NCBI GenBank assembly: GCA_013115145.1
Contig: JAAPAO010000285.1
Span: 1-43,028, forward strand
DNA length: 43,028 bases
DNA from: Perkinsus chesapeaki ATCC PRA-425
Lineage: Eukaryota; Protista; Perkinsozoa
Direction: 5' to 3'
Part shown: positions 1-11,642 of the stretch, in pieces
Layout of the letters: every line of letters starts with the position of its first letter
Position numbering within the stretch: the first letter of the stretch is position 1
Position numbers and translations under genes: made by a program
Notes under the pieces: generated by a model
Database searches by the model: none
What the model was told of the DNA's origin: nothing
What the model saw: only the letters and a program-made list of their open reading frames with translations

Positions 1-201
1 GAAACGGAAATGAAACCGCGCTCGCATGAGCGAAGCGAAGTATCACAGATATACAAACGTCATGCATCTACAATTTCTGCGCACAGTAGTAATGAACGAT
101 TACCAGTGCGTAAATATATCCGCATACATGAGATTCTTCATATAATCGTTTGACCTCATAATCGTTCTCTCCAGCAGTCGTCCTCGACACTTCCTTCTAA
201 A

Positions 202-2181
202 ATGACACTTCCTTCCCGGAATACTGCCGTCTCATGCTTCATGGGACAGTTGATTATTCTGTACGTATTTATTGGGTGGATTTACATTACTCACCAAGAT
301 CAACCGGATGAACCTAAGATACGGGCATTGCGGCGCGTGCAGGGGGTTAAGGCCCGAGACCTTGTGGACCCGCTTAGCGGCCGACCATCTACGATAGACT
401 TCTTCTTTCCGCATGTTCCTAAGTCCGAACGGGACGTATGGTCATTCATTCAGTGCACTGGCTGGCACCGAAACCGATCCTGCCAAATTGATAATTTTTA
501 CATCCGAGTTGATGAGCCTGTGAATGGGGAGGCCTCCTTGAACCGGTATGTGGTCATACCGGAGGATCAATTCAGAAGGGGAACCTTCCGTCAAGTACCC
601 TATAGTGGTAAAGCACTAACGTCTGAAGATGTTGAACTGCGAGAGGACATCATTGACACTATGATACCGGTGACAGAGCACACCTTATTGGACTGGCTCT
701 CGAAAGGTCTCAGCTATGACGCCAAGCATTGGGCCTATCACGACATCACCATCCTGCGCTTTCCTTCTAGAGAAGCTGTTCAGGCCTGGGCTAAGAGTGT
801 CTCGGGCGGTGTGGAGTTCCACCGGGGCGTATCGGTAACATTCATGCTGTTTTGGGCCCACCAGATCGGCCATGCTCTCTATGACGTCCTATATCCTGCT
901 TATGTGTCCTTGATACGCTTCGGCTACTTCAATGAGCCTGTCAACATCTACCCATTTGCCCTCAATGACTCCCTGGGCCGCGGCCATCAATACGAGGACA
1001 TGATGCGTGTCTTTGCCGGACGTAACTATTGGAGATTGGACGATTTCCCGATCAACACAATGCATCGGTTTGAGAGGATGGTCATGGGTAACAAATACAT
1101 GGGACATAGGAATCCTCAGGTCAACTCGGCCATGCCCGGCTCATACTCCTATGAAAACGCCTTGTACTGGTTCGGTCAGCGCCTGCTGTCTGGCTACGGT
1201 TTCAGAGACCCATCGGTGGCCATGGACCCGGATAAAACGGTGGTGTCGGAATTTGGTAGTGGGGGCTGCCGAGGCGTCATCACCGATAATAAACGCTTCA
1301 CTGAAGAGGATAGGTTAATGCTGATGGACATAGCCTTACGGTCACAGGAGCTCTTCAAATGTAATATAACGTATCTTATATGGCAGGACTACACCTTCGA
1401 AGAGCAGCTGGAGCTATTTGCCAACTCCGACATTTATATCAGTAGCCTAGGCACTGGGATAGTTCGCAGCCATCTGATACGACCTGGTGGGGTTATAGTT
1501 CAACTGGGTTACCTCGAGGAGCTCGGCACACCATTGCGGCGTCACGTCTCGTATAGGGACGTTCATTTTGCTTTGGGGTCGCCTCATCTGTCGACTGTTG
1601 TCTATCCTAGAAAGCTGCTGCAGCTGTATGAGACTTGGCAGTACCAAGCAGTGGTACATTTGATCGATGAGGCGGTTATGTTGGGCAGGAGAGGCTTTGC
1701 AATACCAAGGCCGTTCGAGCTCGGCCTGGCACCGTCCACGAGGGACTGGCTGAATTTTTGTAAGCACGATCCGGAAGGCTGTGATGAAGTAGTAGATCAG
1801 TTCAATGGTGTTAACAGGGAGCCTCGGACATGGCCGTGTGAGGACTGTGCCTGGGTGGACTATATCGGAATCTCGCCAATGTGGACCCCTAAGGGCTGTA
1901 GAGAGGTGGATACGGGCGAACACGTTACGTGCAGGCTGTCTCGAGGGACCTATATGAGCGTTAGTTCTCCTGAGCATAGAGCCTTCGATGCCGATTGCTA
2001 TGCAGCCAAGTTACCAGAGATGCTATTGCTCAAAGACAGACTGCTAGAAGAGGAGGCAGGTCGGTTGGGTAAGACCGTCGATGAGCTTACTCCCGAGGAG
2101 GCAACTAACGCTATGCTCATGGCCGAGCCTCCCGAGTGCCCTTTGGTAATGCCCGATGATATCCCTCTGTGTGATTGCTGA
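202..2181 (+). CDS. Type II membrane glycosyltransferase, GT61/DUF563-like, intronless, 659 aa
   Basis: Long ORF from ATG. It has an N-terminal signal anchor (LIILYVFIGWIYI), a GT61-type segment (YTFEEQLELFANSDIYISSLGTGIVRSHLIRPGGVIVQLG) and a Cys-rich C-terminus. Family assigned by motif recall only. Confidence 0.7.
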   Translation: MTLPSRNTAVSCFMGQLIILYVFIGWIYITHQDQPDEPKIRALRRVQGVKARDLVDPLSGRPSTIDFFFPHVPKSERDVWSFIQCTGWHRNRSCQIDNFYIRVDEPVNGEASLNRYVVIPEDQFRRGTFRQVPYSGKALTSEDVELREDIIDTMIPVTEHTLLDWLSKGLSYDAKHWAYHDITILRFPSREAVQAWAKSVSGGVEFHRGVSVTFMLFWAHQIGHALYDVLYPAYVSLIRFGYFNEPVNIYPFALNDSLGRGHQYEDMMRVFAGRNYWRLDDFPINTMHRFERMVMGNKYMGHRNPQVNSAMPGSYSYENALYWFGQRLLSGYGFRDPSVAMDPDKTVVSEFGSGGCRGVITDNKRFTEEDRLMLMDIALRSQELFKCNITYLIWQDYTFEEQLELFANSDIYISSLGTGIVRSHLIRPGGVIVQLGYLEELGTPLRRHVSYRDVHFALGSPHLSTVVYPRKLLQLYETWQYQAVVHLIDEAVMLGRRGFAIPRPFELGLAPSTRDWLNFCKHDPEGCDEVVDQFNGVNREPRTWPCEDCAWVDYIGISPMWTPKGCREVDTGEHVTCRLSRGTYMSVSSPEHRAFDADCYAAKLPEMLLLKDRLLEEEAGRLGKTVDELTPEEATNAMLMAEPPECPLVMPDDIPLCDC

Positions 2182-2324
2182 GGGTAGGATACGCTTTGGT
2201 TGTGCATGAAAGATTCTTTCATGGTTGCCTTTTGGCCATTCTGTTGTCCTTAAAAAGTTTGTAGTGTTCCAGTTGGGGCAATTTGGTGTCGTCGTCGTGT
2301 AGCTTTTTTATAATAGCGCTTTAC

Positions 2325-2552
2325 ATGAGTGTCGAAATGAACGGCATGCCGCCGATCCCTGAGGCTTTCGGTGGGCCAATGGTGAACTATCAGAGTTCTA
2401 GAAAGGATAAACAATACACATCTGAGATAGAACGAATGATTTATGTGTACAATCAAATGGATTGGAAGGCGAAGAAGACTATCACATACAGTAAGCAGCG
2501 GGCGTATCTAAGGTTCACGCGAGGATTTCGAAAGTTTCCTGGCAAAAATTAA
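2325..2552 (+). CDS. Small basic hypothetical protein, 75 aa (MSVEMNGMPP...FRKFPGKN)
   Basis: First in-frame ATG is 2325; the track start at 2283 is TTG. It occupies its own intergenic slot and has a protein-like, K/R-rich C-terminus. Confidence 0.5.
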   Translation: MSVEMNGMPPIPEAFGGPMVNYQSSRKDKQYTSEIERMIYVYNQMDWKAKKTITYSKQRAYLRFTRGFRKFPGKN

Positions 2553-2670
2553 GTAGTCCCCTGCCACACCCGTCAGGCATTTCCAGGTCTTGACTTTTCC
2601 TCGTGCTTCGAGTGATTTTTTATTCGTCATTTTCTGACACTTGTCCAGCCATCTCTATTTTGTTGTAATT

Positions 2671-5600
2671 ATGTTGTTCAGGTCTCCTTGGTGGATACTT
2701 CAGTCTACTTTTAATTTTTCGGCTCTGTGCGAGCGACTTTGCCACCTTGGCCACGGCCAGCGCCCTCCTCACCAGCATCTATGCCCTTTTCTTTGCCTTC
2801 TGGCTGGCAGCTTTCGTATTTAGGCATGATGAGGTAGCAGTTGTTGCTGTTGCCTACCACTCCTCCTTCACTTCAACTCAGGGTGATGCTGTAATGCAGA
2901 GCATAGCCGATCCTATTCGGGAAGGCAGCGAAGGCTTCTTTGCGGTCCAGTATGGCACCATCGCCAAGATCTCCGTACTGGCCGCCTTCCTGTTATTCAT
3001 GCTATACATTAGTCGAGATGATACCTTCCTGGCTGCGGTGGGCGGTGGAAAAGCCACCAGGTACCATCCCAGTAGCCTTCTGTTGTTCACTTTTATCGCA
3101 GGGTCTCCTCGATTGCCATGGCTCTAATAACAGCCTGTACGTTCCTCATTGGCGCATTTTGCAGTGCATTGGCCGGCTACGCTGGGATGTGGGTCTCGGT
3201 ACGACCATGGCGTGTATGCCTCTCCCCACCACTCGGCTGCCGGTGCTCGCAGGTCCGCGCCAACGTCCGGGTCTCGTCGGCGGCTCGGCGGTGCTACAAT
3301 ACAGCAATTCAATTGTGCTTCCGAGCTGGAGGCTTTGCCTCTCTAGTCAACGTTGCCATGGTCATCGGTGGCCTGTCATTCATCATGATTGTCCTACGAA
3401 TCATCTATCCGACTCTTGAGTGAGGGCTGCCAGCAGCTATACCTCGTCAGGCGTAACCACTACCGTGTCAGGTTCCAGCAGGCTCCTTTACTATTAGTGG
3501 GCTATGGCTTCGGGGCATCTCTTGTGGCCATGTTCGCTCAGTTAGGTGGAGGTAAGTAACCTGTAGCCGTGGAGAAGAAGGTGTAGGCTTATCATTTGAA
3601 AAGCGATGTTGTTTATTTTCCTGTTGTATATTAGGTATTTACACCAAAGGAGCTGATGTCGGGGCAGATCTTGTGGGTAAGGTAGAAGCTGGCATACCCG
3701 AAGACGATCCGCGGAATCCTGCCACCATCGCTGACCTGGTAATCTATTTCCTGAGCTCATACCAACTTTTCGACAAGTCTCGGTGTCCTATCTCATCCAG
3801 GTCGGCGATAATGTGGGTGACTGTGCCGGACAGTGTGCTGACACCTTCGAGTCCATCGCTGCTGAGATCCTCTCGGCCATGATCCTTGGTGGTAGCCTGG
3901 CTGATGAGGGCTCAATGAACAAAGGAGTCACTGCTGGCTTTGTGGCCTTCCCACTGGCGGTGATGCCACACGTTGCTTGCCATGTAGGAGCAGCTCAGTT
4001 GGTCAGGTGCACTGTATGGATATGGTCGTGTCCTCGGTGGGGATGATGTTGATTCGGGCAAAGAAGGGTATGCCGACCCATAGTGCTAAGGACACAGCTG
4101 ATGAAGACCCAATGAAGATCATGAAACGGGCGTAGGTGCTGGTGATCACGGCGAGAATTTCGTGGCGCAGCGGTCATTGTGGTGCTACTCAGATACTCCG
4201 TGACCCTTTTCCTTGCTACTATTGGCTTTCTTATTTTATGTCGATCCTTCCTATGGGTGCCCAACACCAGTTCATGGGCATGGTTCTTCGGATGTGGTGC
4301 AGTAGGCATGACCTGCTCTTACCTCTTTGTCATTATAACTCAGTACTACACCGACTACGAGTACGACGACTTCATCGCAACACCCCCTTTTATTATTACC
4401 TTTTCAGGCACAATAAGGTTCGCTCTATAGCCTATGCTTCGACCACAGGACCAGCTACCAACATCATTGCCGGTAAGCTAGTAAGCCTCCCACCACACAA
4501 GCAGCTCACCTCCACACTCAGGCATGGCGGTGGGGTTGGAGTCCACAGCAGCACCGGTCCTGTGCATTTCCGTAGCGCTAGTCTCGAGCTACTATATGGG
4601 TAAGCTCTAGTGTCCTTGCTTTGTTGGTTACGATTGATCAGGTATGCAAGCCACAGCGGGTGTTGTGCCGGCCTCGGAAGCTGCCGTCTCGGGTCTTTTC
4701 GGCACGGCCGTCGCCACCATGGGCATGCTATCTACCGCAGTCTTCGTGCTGGCCATGAGCAACTTCGGCCCCATTGCGGACAACGCAGGTGGCATAGTCG
4801 AAATGAGCCAACAGGTGAGGTGGCCGTGATCACTGCCGTGATGGCTTGCCCTCCTCAGGCGGAGGAGGTTCGCCTCATCACAGACAAGTTGGATGCAGTT
4901 GGCAATGTGACAAAGGCCAACACTAAAGGGTTCTCGGTTGGCACGGCGGCTCTTGCCTGCTTTTTACTCTTCGCTGCCTTCATGGACGAGGTCAGTGTGT
5001 ATACCAACAAAAAGTGAGCACGAGTCAGCCAGTGGTCGCCACCGCTGATGTCCCTTTTAGATTCGAGTCGGTCGATCTGGCTCGCTGTGAAGTATTTGTC
5101 GGAGGTATACTGGGCGCCTGTCTAGTATTCCTCTTCGCGGCCTGGGCCATGAATGCTGTGGGTAGAGCAGCGGCGCAAGTTGTTACCGAGGTAGCCAGCA
5201 CCTGTCGTAGGTCAATTGTGCAATCTGTCCCCCTCAGGTGCGTCGGCAATTTAAAGAGCGTCCGGGAATCATGAACTGGAGCGAGAAGCCCGACTACTAC
5301 ACCTGTATTGCCATCGTCAGCCGCTCCGCTCTGAGGGAGATGATCCGCCCCGGCGCTCTGGCAGCTCTTTCGCCCGTCATCGTAGGTTTCGTTTTCCGGT
5401 AAGCCTTTCCGTTATCCGGCTCTCGCTGGTCACCTCGCGCTGTTCAGAGTCATCGGCTCGTATAGAGGTGACCCGACCCTTGGGGCGCAGGTCATTGCAG
5501 CGTTCCTTATGTTCTCAACGGCCACTGGTATACTAATGGCCCTTTTCCTTAACAACGCCGGTGGTGCCTGGGACAACGCTAAGAAGTGCGCTGTTAGAGT

Positions 5601-5896
5601 CAGGGATGGGCCATACCGCTCCCTCCGCAGGTACATCGAGATCACAGGGTGCCACGGTGGTAAGAACTCAGAAGCCCACAAGGCTTCGGTGGTTGGTGAT
5701 ACAGTTGGCGATCCATGCAAGGACACAGCGGGCCCCAGCGTCCATGTCCTTATCAAGGTGAAGCTCGATCTTGCCGCTTATTATTGATGTCATCTCTCAG
5801 CTCGTTTCCACTGTGACGATGGTCCTAACGCCGGTCTTCTGTGGCCAAATAGCCACTGGCTCCGGCGGTGTCGCTGGTGCTGGTATCATACCGTAG
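2671..5896 (+). CDS. VP2: H+-translocating membrane pyrophosphatase, type II (AVP2/VP2-like, K+-independent), multi-exon
   Basis: Spliced exons give [75 protein letters not shown] and [15 protein letters not shown]. Lys in GNxxK (4913-4915) marks the K+-independent clade. Predicted 11-nt first coding exon at 2671-2681; stop TAG at 5894-5896. Confidence 0.95.
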
Positions 5897-6100
5897 ATGT
5901 CGGCATAGTTTCATGTTAATAACTATGGGCTGCTGCTGATGATGACGGAGGTGGTGATGGATAGTGAAGATGATCATCATGTGCCCAATAACAACACTTT
6001 TCATTAATCAGTATTATACTTTATCTGCTCGGGCTCACCGAGGCACCGCCTAACACTCGTTGCGTTTCTCGCTTCTCCGACATTCTTATCAGTCCTTTTT

Positions 6101-7456
6101 ATGCGGGATCGTCACAAGCGCCCACCGTCAGGGCGGCAGGAGCGTCGATCGGTCCTCGGTGGCCTAACTTTGCTACTGACCATCTCCGTTCTTCTCTGTT
6201 ACGGTATTGGTCAGCTGTTCCTGGCCCCACCGGCTCACAAACCGATGGCTTGGGGCCCTGCTCTAGGGCCTGTGGTATCCACTAACACTGCGTCGACCAG
6301 GGCAATCGGTTGGTCTTGGGGCTCTACAGCGGCAGTGATGGCGGCAGCCGTCATCGCTGTGGGAGCGGTGGCTCGGAGGGCCACACTGGAACTCTTTTCG
6401 CCAGCCAAGGTGAACACCTTCCTGAAAATCACAGGTAAGGCGGGAGGCTGGAATCACAGGATTGTCTGGCCAGGCCACCACAGTACTCTCTTCAGGCCGC
6501 ACCGAGCCGCCGAACTCGATGCACACAATGGTGTCCCAGTTCCATACGATCAGTCTGGGGGACTGGATGAAGATATCTACCATTGATGGCAGCAAGGACA
6601 CTCTGCAATGTGATGACCCTAGTGTCCCCACTGACGAGCGTAACCTTGTTCTCAAGGCATTCGGGTTGTTCCGGCAGAAGACCGGCTCCGAGCAGCATTT
6701 CAGTGGTGAGTAAAACAATACTGTACTGGATGTCAAACTGTCATCTCAGTGTTACTTACCAAACGATGCCCTAATCAAGCCGGTCTGGGCGGAGGCAGTT
6801 CCAACGGCGCCACCGCCCTATGGGCTGCAAACCGTCTCACTCACTACGGCGCCGATGATGAGACCTTGGCCAGATGGTCCAGAGAGGTGCGACCACTGGC
6901 TTTCTTTACATTCCTATTTATATATTCTCAGCTCGGTAGTGATCTTCCCTTCTTCCTGGCGAGCCGTGGGGCAGCCCTCTGCAGTGGCGTTGGCGATGAA
7001 GTCTTCCCGATGACACCAGAGGCCATTGGAGGCAGCGGTGGCATGGTCTTCGTTAAACCTCCCTTTGGTAAAGTTTATGTGCAGGGTGCTTCATCTTCAT
7101 CCGGCATTCATCTGTCAGGCCTACCGACACCAGCAGTCTACAAGGAGTACGCTAGAGGCCATGGCCCATCTCCTCGACCGCTCAATGATTTAACCAGAGG
7201 AGCTGTCGAGTTGAGACCGGAGCTGCTGGACATGGCCAAAGACATGGAGGAGATAATGGGACTCAAAGGGGTCTCCATGTCCGGCAGCGGCAGCTGCCTA
7301 TTCGGCTACGGCAAGCCTGATGATGTTGAAAAGTTCAAGAGCAAGTATCCTGGTGTAGCAGTATGGCCTGATATCGTTCCGGTATTCCGCAAGGCAGATG
7401 AGTGGTACAGCGCCTCCGAGGGAAGCAGCACTGATAGTTTTGTTTCTATTGTGTGA
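6101..7456 (+). CDS. ispE: 4-diphosphocytidyl-2-C-methyl-D-erythritol kinase (MEP pathway) with bipartite plastid-targeting leader
   Basis: GHMP/IspE motifs SPAKVNTFLKITG, CPNQAGLGGGSSNGATAL, LGSDLPFF and MSGSGSC are joined by four GT-AG introns. An N-terminal extension of about 95 aa precedes the enzyme domain. Confidence 0.93.
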
Positions 7457-7561
7457 GATCCACTATATGTTGCGTTATCGAGTACGGAGACAAAGCCCTC
7501 ACACGACCGTTGCCGCAGCGAAGTGTACAAGAGACAGTCCCTCGTCAGTTGGCTCCTTCAG

Positions 7562-8998
<1,437 letters not shown>

Positions 8999-9200
8999 CT
9001 TACGTTTCTATACCTCACTTTATCTTGTGTCGACCATTTGATTGCTCAGCTTTCCGTAGAATGGAAACCCTTGTAAAAGAGGCTATCCCGTAGTTGGATG
9101 AAATGCTGTGTCCACCAGGAAGGGCTCGTACTCTAAGCCAGCATGCCTTCCCTTTATAATTAGACCCGATAGGTTCAGTTCAGTTCCTTATTTATTACCC

Positions 9201-11090
9201 ATGTTCCTTTACGTTCAGCTCGTCGCTACTCTCCTACCTCTAACCTTGACCTGCACTACCATAGTAGTCTCAAAAGGTGCCTCTAAGACTGGCATTCCCA
9301 TGGTTGCTCACACGGCTGATTGCTCAGAATGTGACACTCGGTTGGGTTTGATACCCCCTAGAGACCACAGTCCTCGTGATGTTCATGCCGTCTATGGTGT
9401 TGGCCATATCTACCCTCGGACATGGTCGAAGCGTGCGGCTATCTACGACGACCCTAATCATCAGCCAACTGGCGTCAATGCTACCGTCCCTGAAGTTCAA
9501 CATACGTACGGCTATTGGGAGTCCGAGTACGGTATGATGAACGAGCACGGTCTGGCAATGGGCGAGTCTACCACGGAGGTCAGCGTGCCCGGCAAGCCTG
9601 GTGTGGACCTAAAGGATCCCGTCAGTGGCGAGCTCGGTCAAGCGGTGTTTTCTATTCGAGAGCTGACAATGATCGGGCTCGAGCGCTGCAAGACCGCTGT
9701 ATGTGCCGTTTCAACTATGGGAGCCATGGCAGAGAAGTACGGCTTCTATCCCGAGAACTGGCAGACTGGTGAGAGCCTCACGATTGTTGATGCTGTTGGT
9801 GATGGCTGGATCTTTCATATAGCCCAAGACTCCACGGGGGAATCGGCCGTATGGGCTGCCCAGAGAGTCCCTGACGGTCATGTAGCAGCCATAGCCAATC
9901 AGTACACCATTAAAGACATACCAGAGTTCCCTAATGATGACTACATGTTCTCCTCCAACCTTCGCTCAGAGGCTTTGGCCTTGGGCTTATGGAACGGCCA
10001 GGAGCCTTTCAGTTGGGTCAGAGTCTATGGCACTGTTAGCTTGCAGTTGCCTATGTACACTAGTGTTAGGATATGGAATGTATTCCGCCACGCAGCTCCC
10101 GATCACGTTGTTGACTTTCACGAGAATCCCTTCGATCTCCCCTTCTCGGTGCCAGCTGACCATCTCCTCGACCTTGAGGACGTAATGGCTATCTATCGTG
10201 ACAACTACGAGGGTACCCAATTCGACTTAACCCAAGGGATCTTGGCTGGCCCATTTCATAGCCCTTACCGTCTTGAAGGTGGCGTCGGTGAGAAGGAAGT
10301 CCCGGGCCAGTTCGCGCGCGGTATATCTATCCCTCGAACGGCCTATACCATGATCGGCTATCCCGACCCTGAGAACCTGGTTCTCTACTACAGCGAAGAC
10401 GCTCCGGCCACCAGCCTGTTCGTGCCTTTCCTCTGCAAGACCCTATCTGAGGCGGCAGGCATGGAGCTCAGCAAAACCTCCAGTTTGTACGCTAAACCGT
10501 TTCAAGTAGGATACAAGGGAGACTTCTCCAACGCCAAGGAGACCGCCTGGTGGGCCTTCGATTTCGTGGCTAATTGGATGGATGCTAACTATGTTAATAT
10601 GTCTCAAGAGTTCGTCAAACCTGCTATAAGCTACTGGCAGCCTAAGCTACTAGAAGCTGCCGCCTCCAAGTCGACTGATACCTGCAAAGCTATTCAGGAG
10701 CATGTTGTGAAGTATTGGTGGAACCTTTCTGACACCCTCGTGGTTCGCTATAATGACGGTTTCTACAACTTCCCTCCCAGTAACCCAGCTGCCGTTGAGC
10801 ACATTGGCTACCCGGCAGACTATCTTGCTATGATCGGCTACAACAACTACTTCTACTCACCCCAGTACGTTCAGCCAGCTCAGTCGACAATGGCTGCTGA
10901 AGATGTCGCGGCGAAGCATTCGACCATTCGAACCTTCCTCATTCTCATACTTGGAGGAATAATTGGACTTATTACTGGCCTCAATATGGAGAAGCATCGT
11001 CGACGTCGAGACCGATTGGCTTCTTCATCCAACTCCGCCACCACAACCCCACAAACCGGCTATACTCGTTTAATAAACTCTACTGTATAA
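9201..11090 (+). CDS. Peptidase C69 (dipeptidase A/secernin-like Ntn hydrolase), signal peptide plus C-terminal TM, intronless
   Basis: First ATG is 9201; the track start is GTG. The signal peptide is followed by CTTIVV (Ntn nucleophile Cys), AHTAD, MMNEHGLAMGEST and WAAQRVPDGHV..AN, with a TM segment FLILILGGIIGLITGL. Confidence 0.85.
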   Translation: MFLYVQLVATLLPLTLTCTTIVVSKGASKTGIPMVAHTADCSECDTRLGLIPPRDHSPRDVHAVYGVGHIYPRTWSKRAAIYDDPNHQPTGVNATVPEVQHTYGYWESEYGMMNEHGLAMGESTTEVSVPGKPGVDLKDPVSGELGQAVFSIRELTMIGLERCKTAVCAVSTMGAMAEKYGFYPENWQTGESLTIVDAVGDGWIFHIAQDSTGESAVWAAQRVPDGHVAAIANQYTIKDIPEFPNDDYMFSSNLRSEALALGLWNGQEPFSWVRVYGTVSLQLPMYTSVRIWNVFRHAAPDHVVDFHENPFDLPFSVPADHLLDLEDVMAIYRDNYEGTQFDLTQGILAGPFHSPYRLEGGVGEKEVPGQFARGISIPRTAYTMIGYPDPENLVLYYSEDAPATSLFVPFLCKTLSEAAGMELSKTSSLYAKPFQVGYKGDFSNAKETAWWAFDFVANWMDANYVNMSQEFVKPAISYWQPKLLEAAASKSTDTCKAIQEHVVKYWWNLSDTLVVRYNDGFYNFPPSNPAAVEHIGYPADYLAMIGYNNYFYSPQYVQPAQSTMAAEDVAAKHSTIRTFLILILGGIIGLITGLNMEKHRRRRDRLASSSNSATTTPQTGYTRLINSTV

Positions 11091-11393
11091 GTACTTTATT
11101 TTCGTAGAATAATTCGCCCCAGGGCGACCCTTCATTAATACTATTTTCATCACATATTAAGTCTGCTCAGTGGCAGTTCTGTCCGTACAAGAGCCCCACC
11201 AAGCCGTGGCTCCGCCCCTTGCCTCTGAGTGATCATCACAATTTATGAGTCCTATGCATTCGCTGTCTCAATGATGTTCGAACGTCAATTTCTCAGCGCT
11301 GTCTTACTCTTTGTGGATGTCTTTGAGTTTTAAGTAAATCTTGGTTATTCGTGTAAAGAGCTCACACTCTAGCCGAACAGGTGTCCAAATAAC

Positions 11394-11456
11394 AAGCAAG
11401 CAGTCGAGCAAGCAGCAAGCATAAGCAGTAAGCATTCCAGTAAGCAAGCAGTCAAG
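11394..11456. repeat. Degenerate (AAGC/AGCA)n low-complexity repeat between convergent genes
   Basis: aagcaagcagtcgagcaagcagcaagcataagcagtaagca...: about nine AGCA units. Confidence 0.7.
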
Positions 11457-11642
11457 TTTATCGATGGACCTTTACGATGTGCTCACCGAGATGTCTCCGT
11501 ATATTCCACGGAACTAATCCAAGGGCAGCTCAAAGCTCAGAAGAGAATCCTTTAGCCGGCGGTGGTAATTCGGCGAGGACGAGTATATATCCCGACACTG
11601 CTGTTTTCACTCGAACTCAACTCCTGACTCTTCTCACACCGA

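Noticed and set aside
2741-2750. TTG in a perfect Kozak-like context (GCCACC TTG G) as a non-AUG start of the H+-PPase
   Set aside because: An 11-nt ATG exon (2671-2681) plus a 52-nt GT-AG intron joins in frame ([12 protein letters not shown]), which is simpler.
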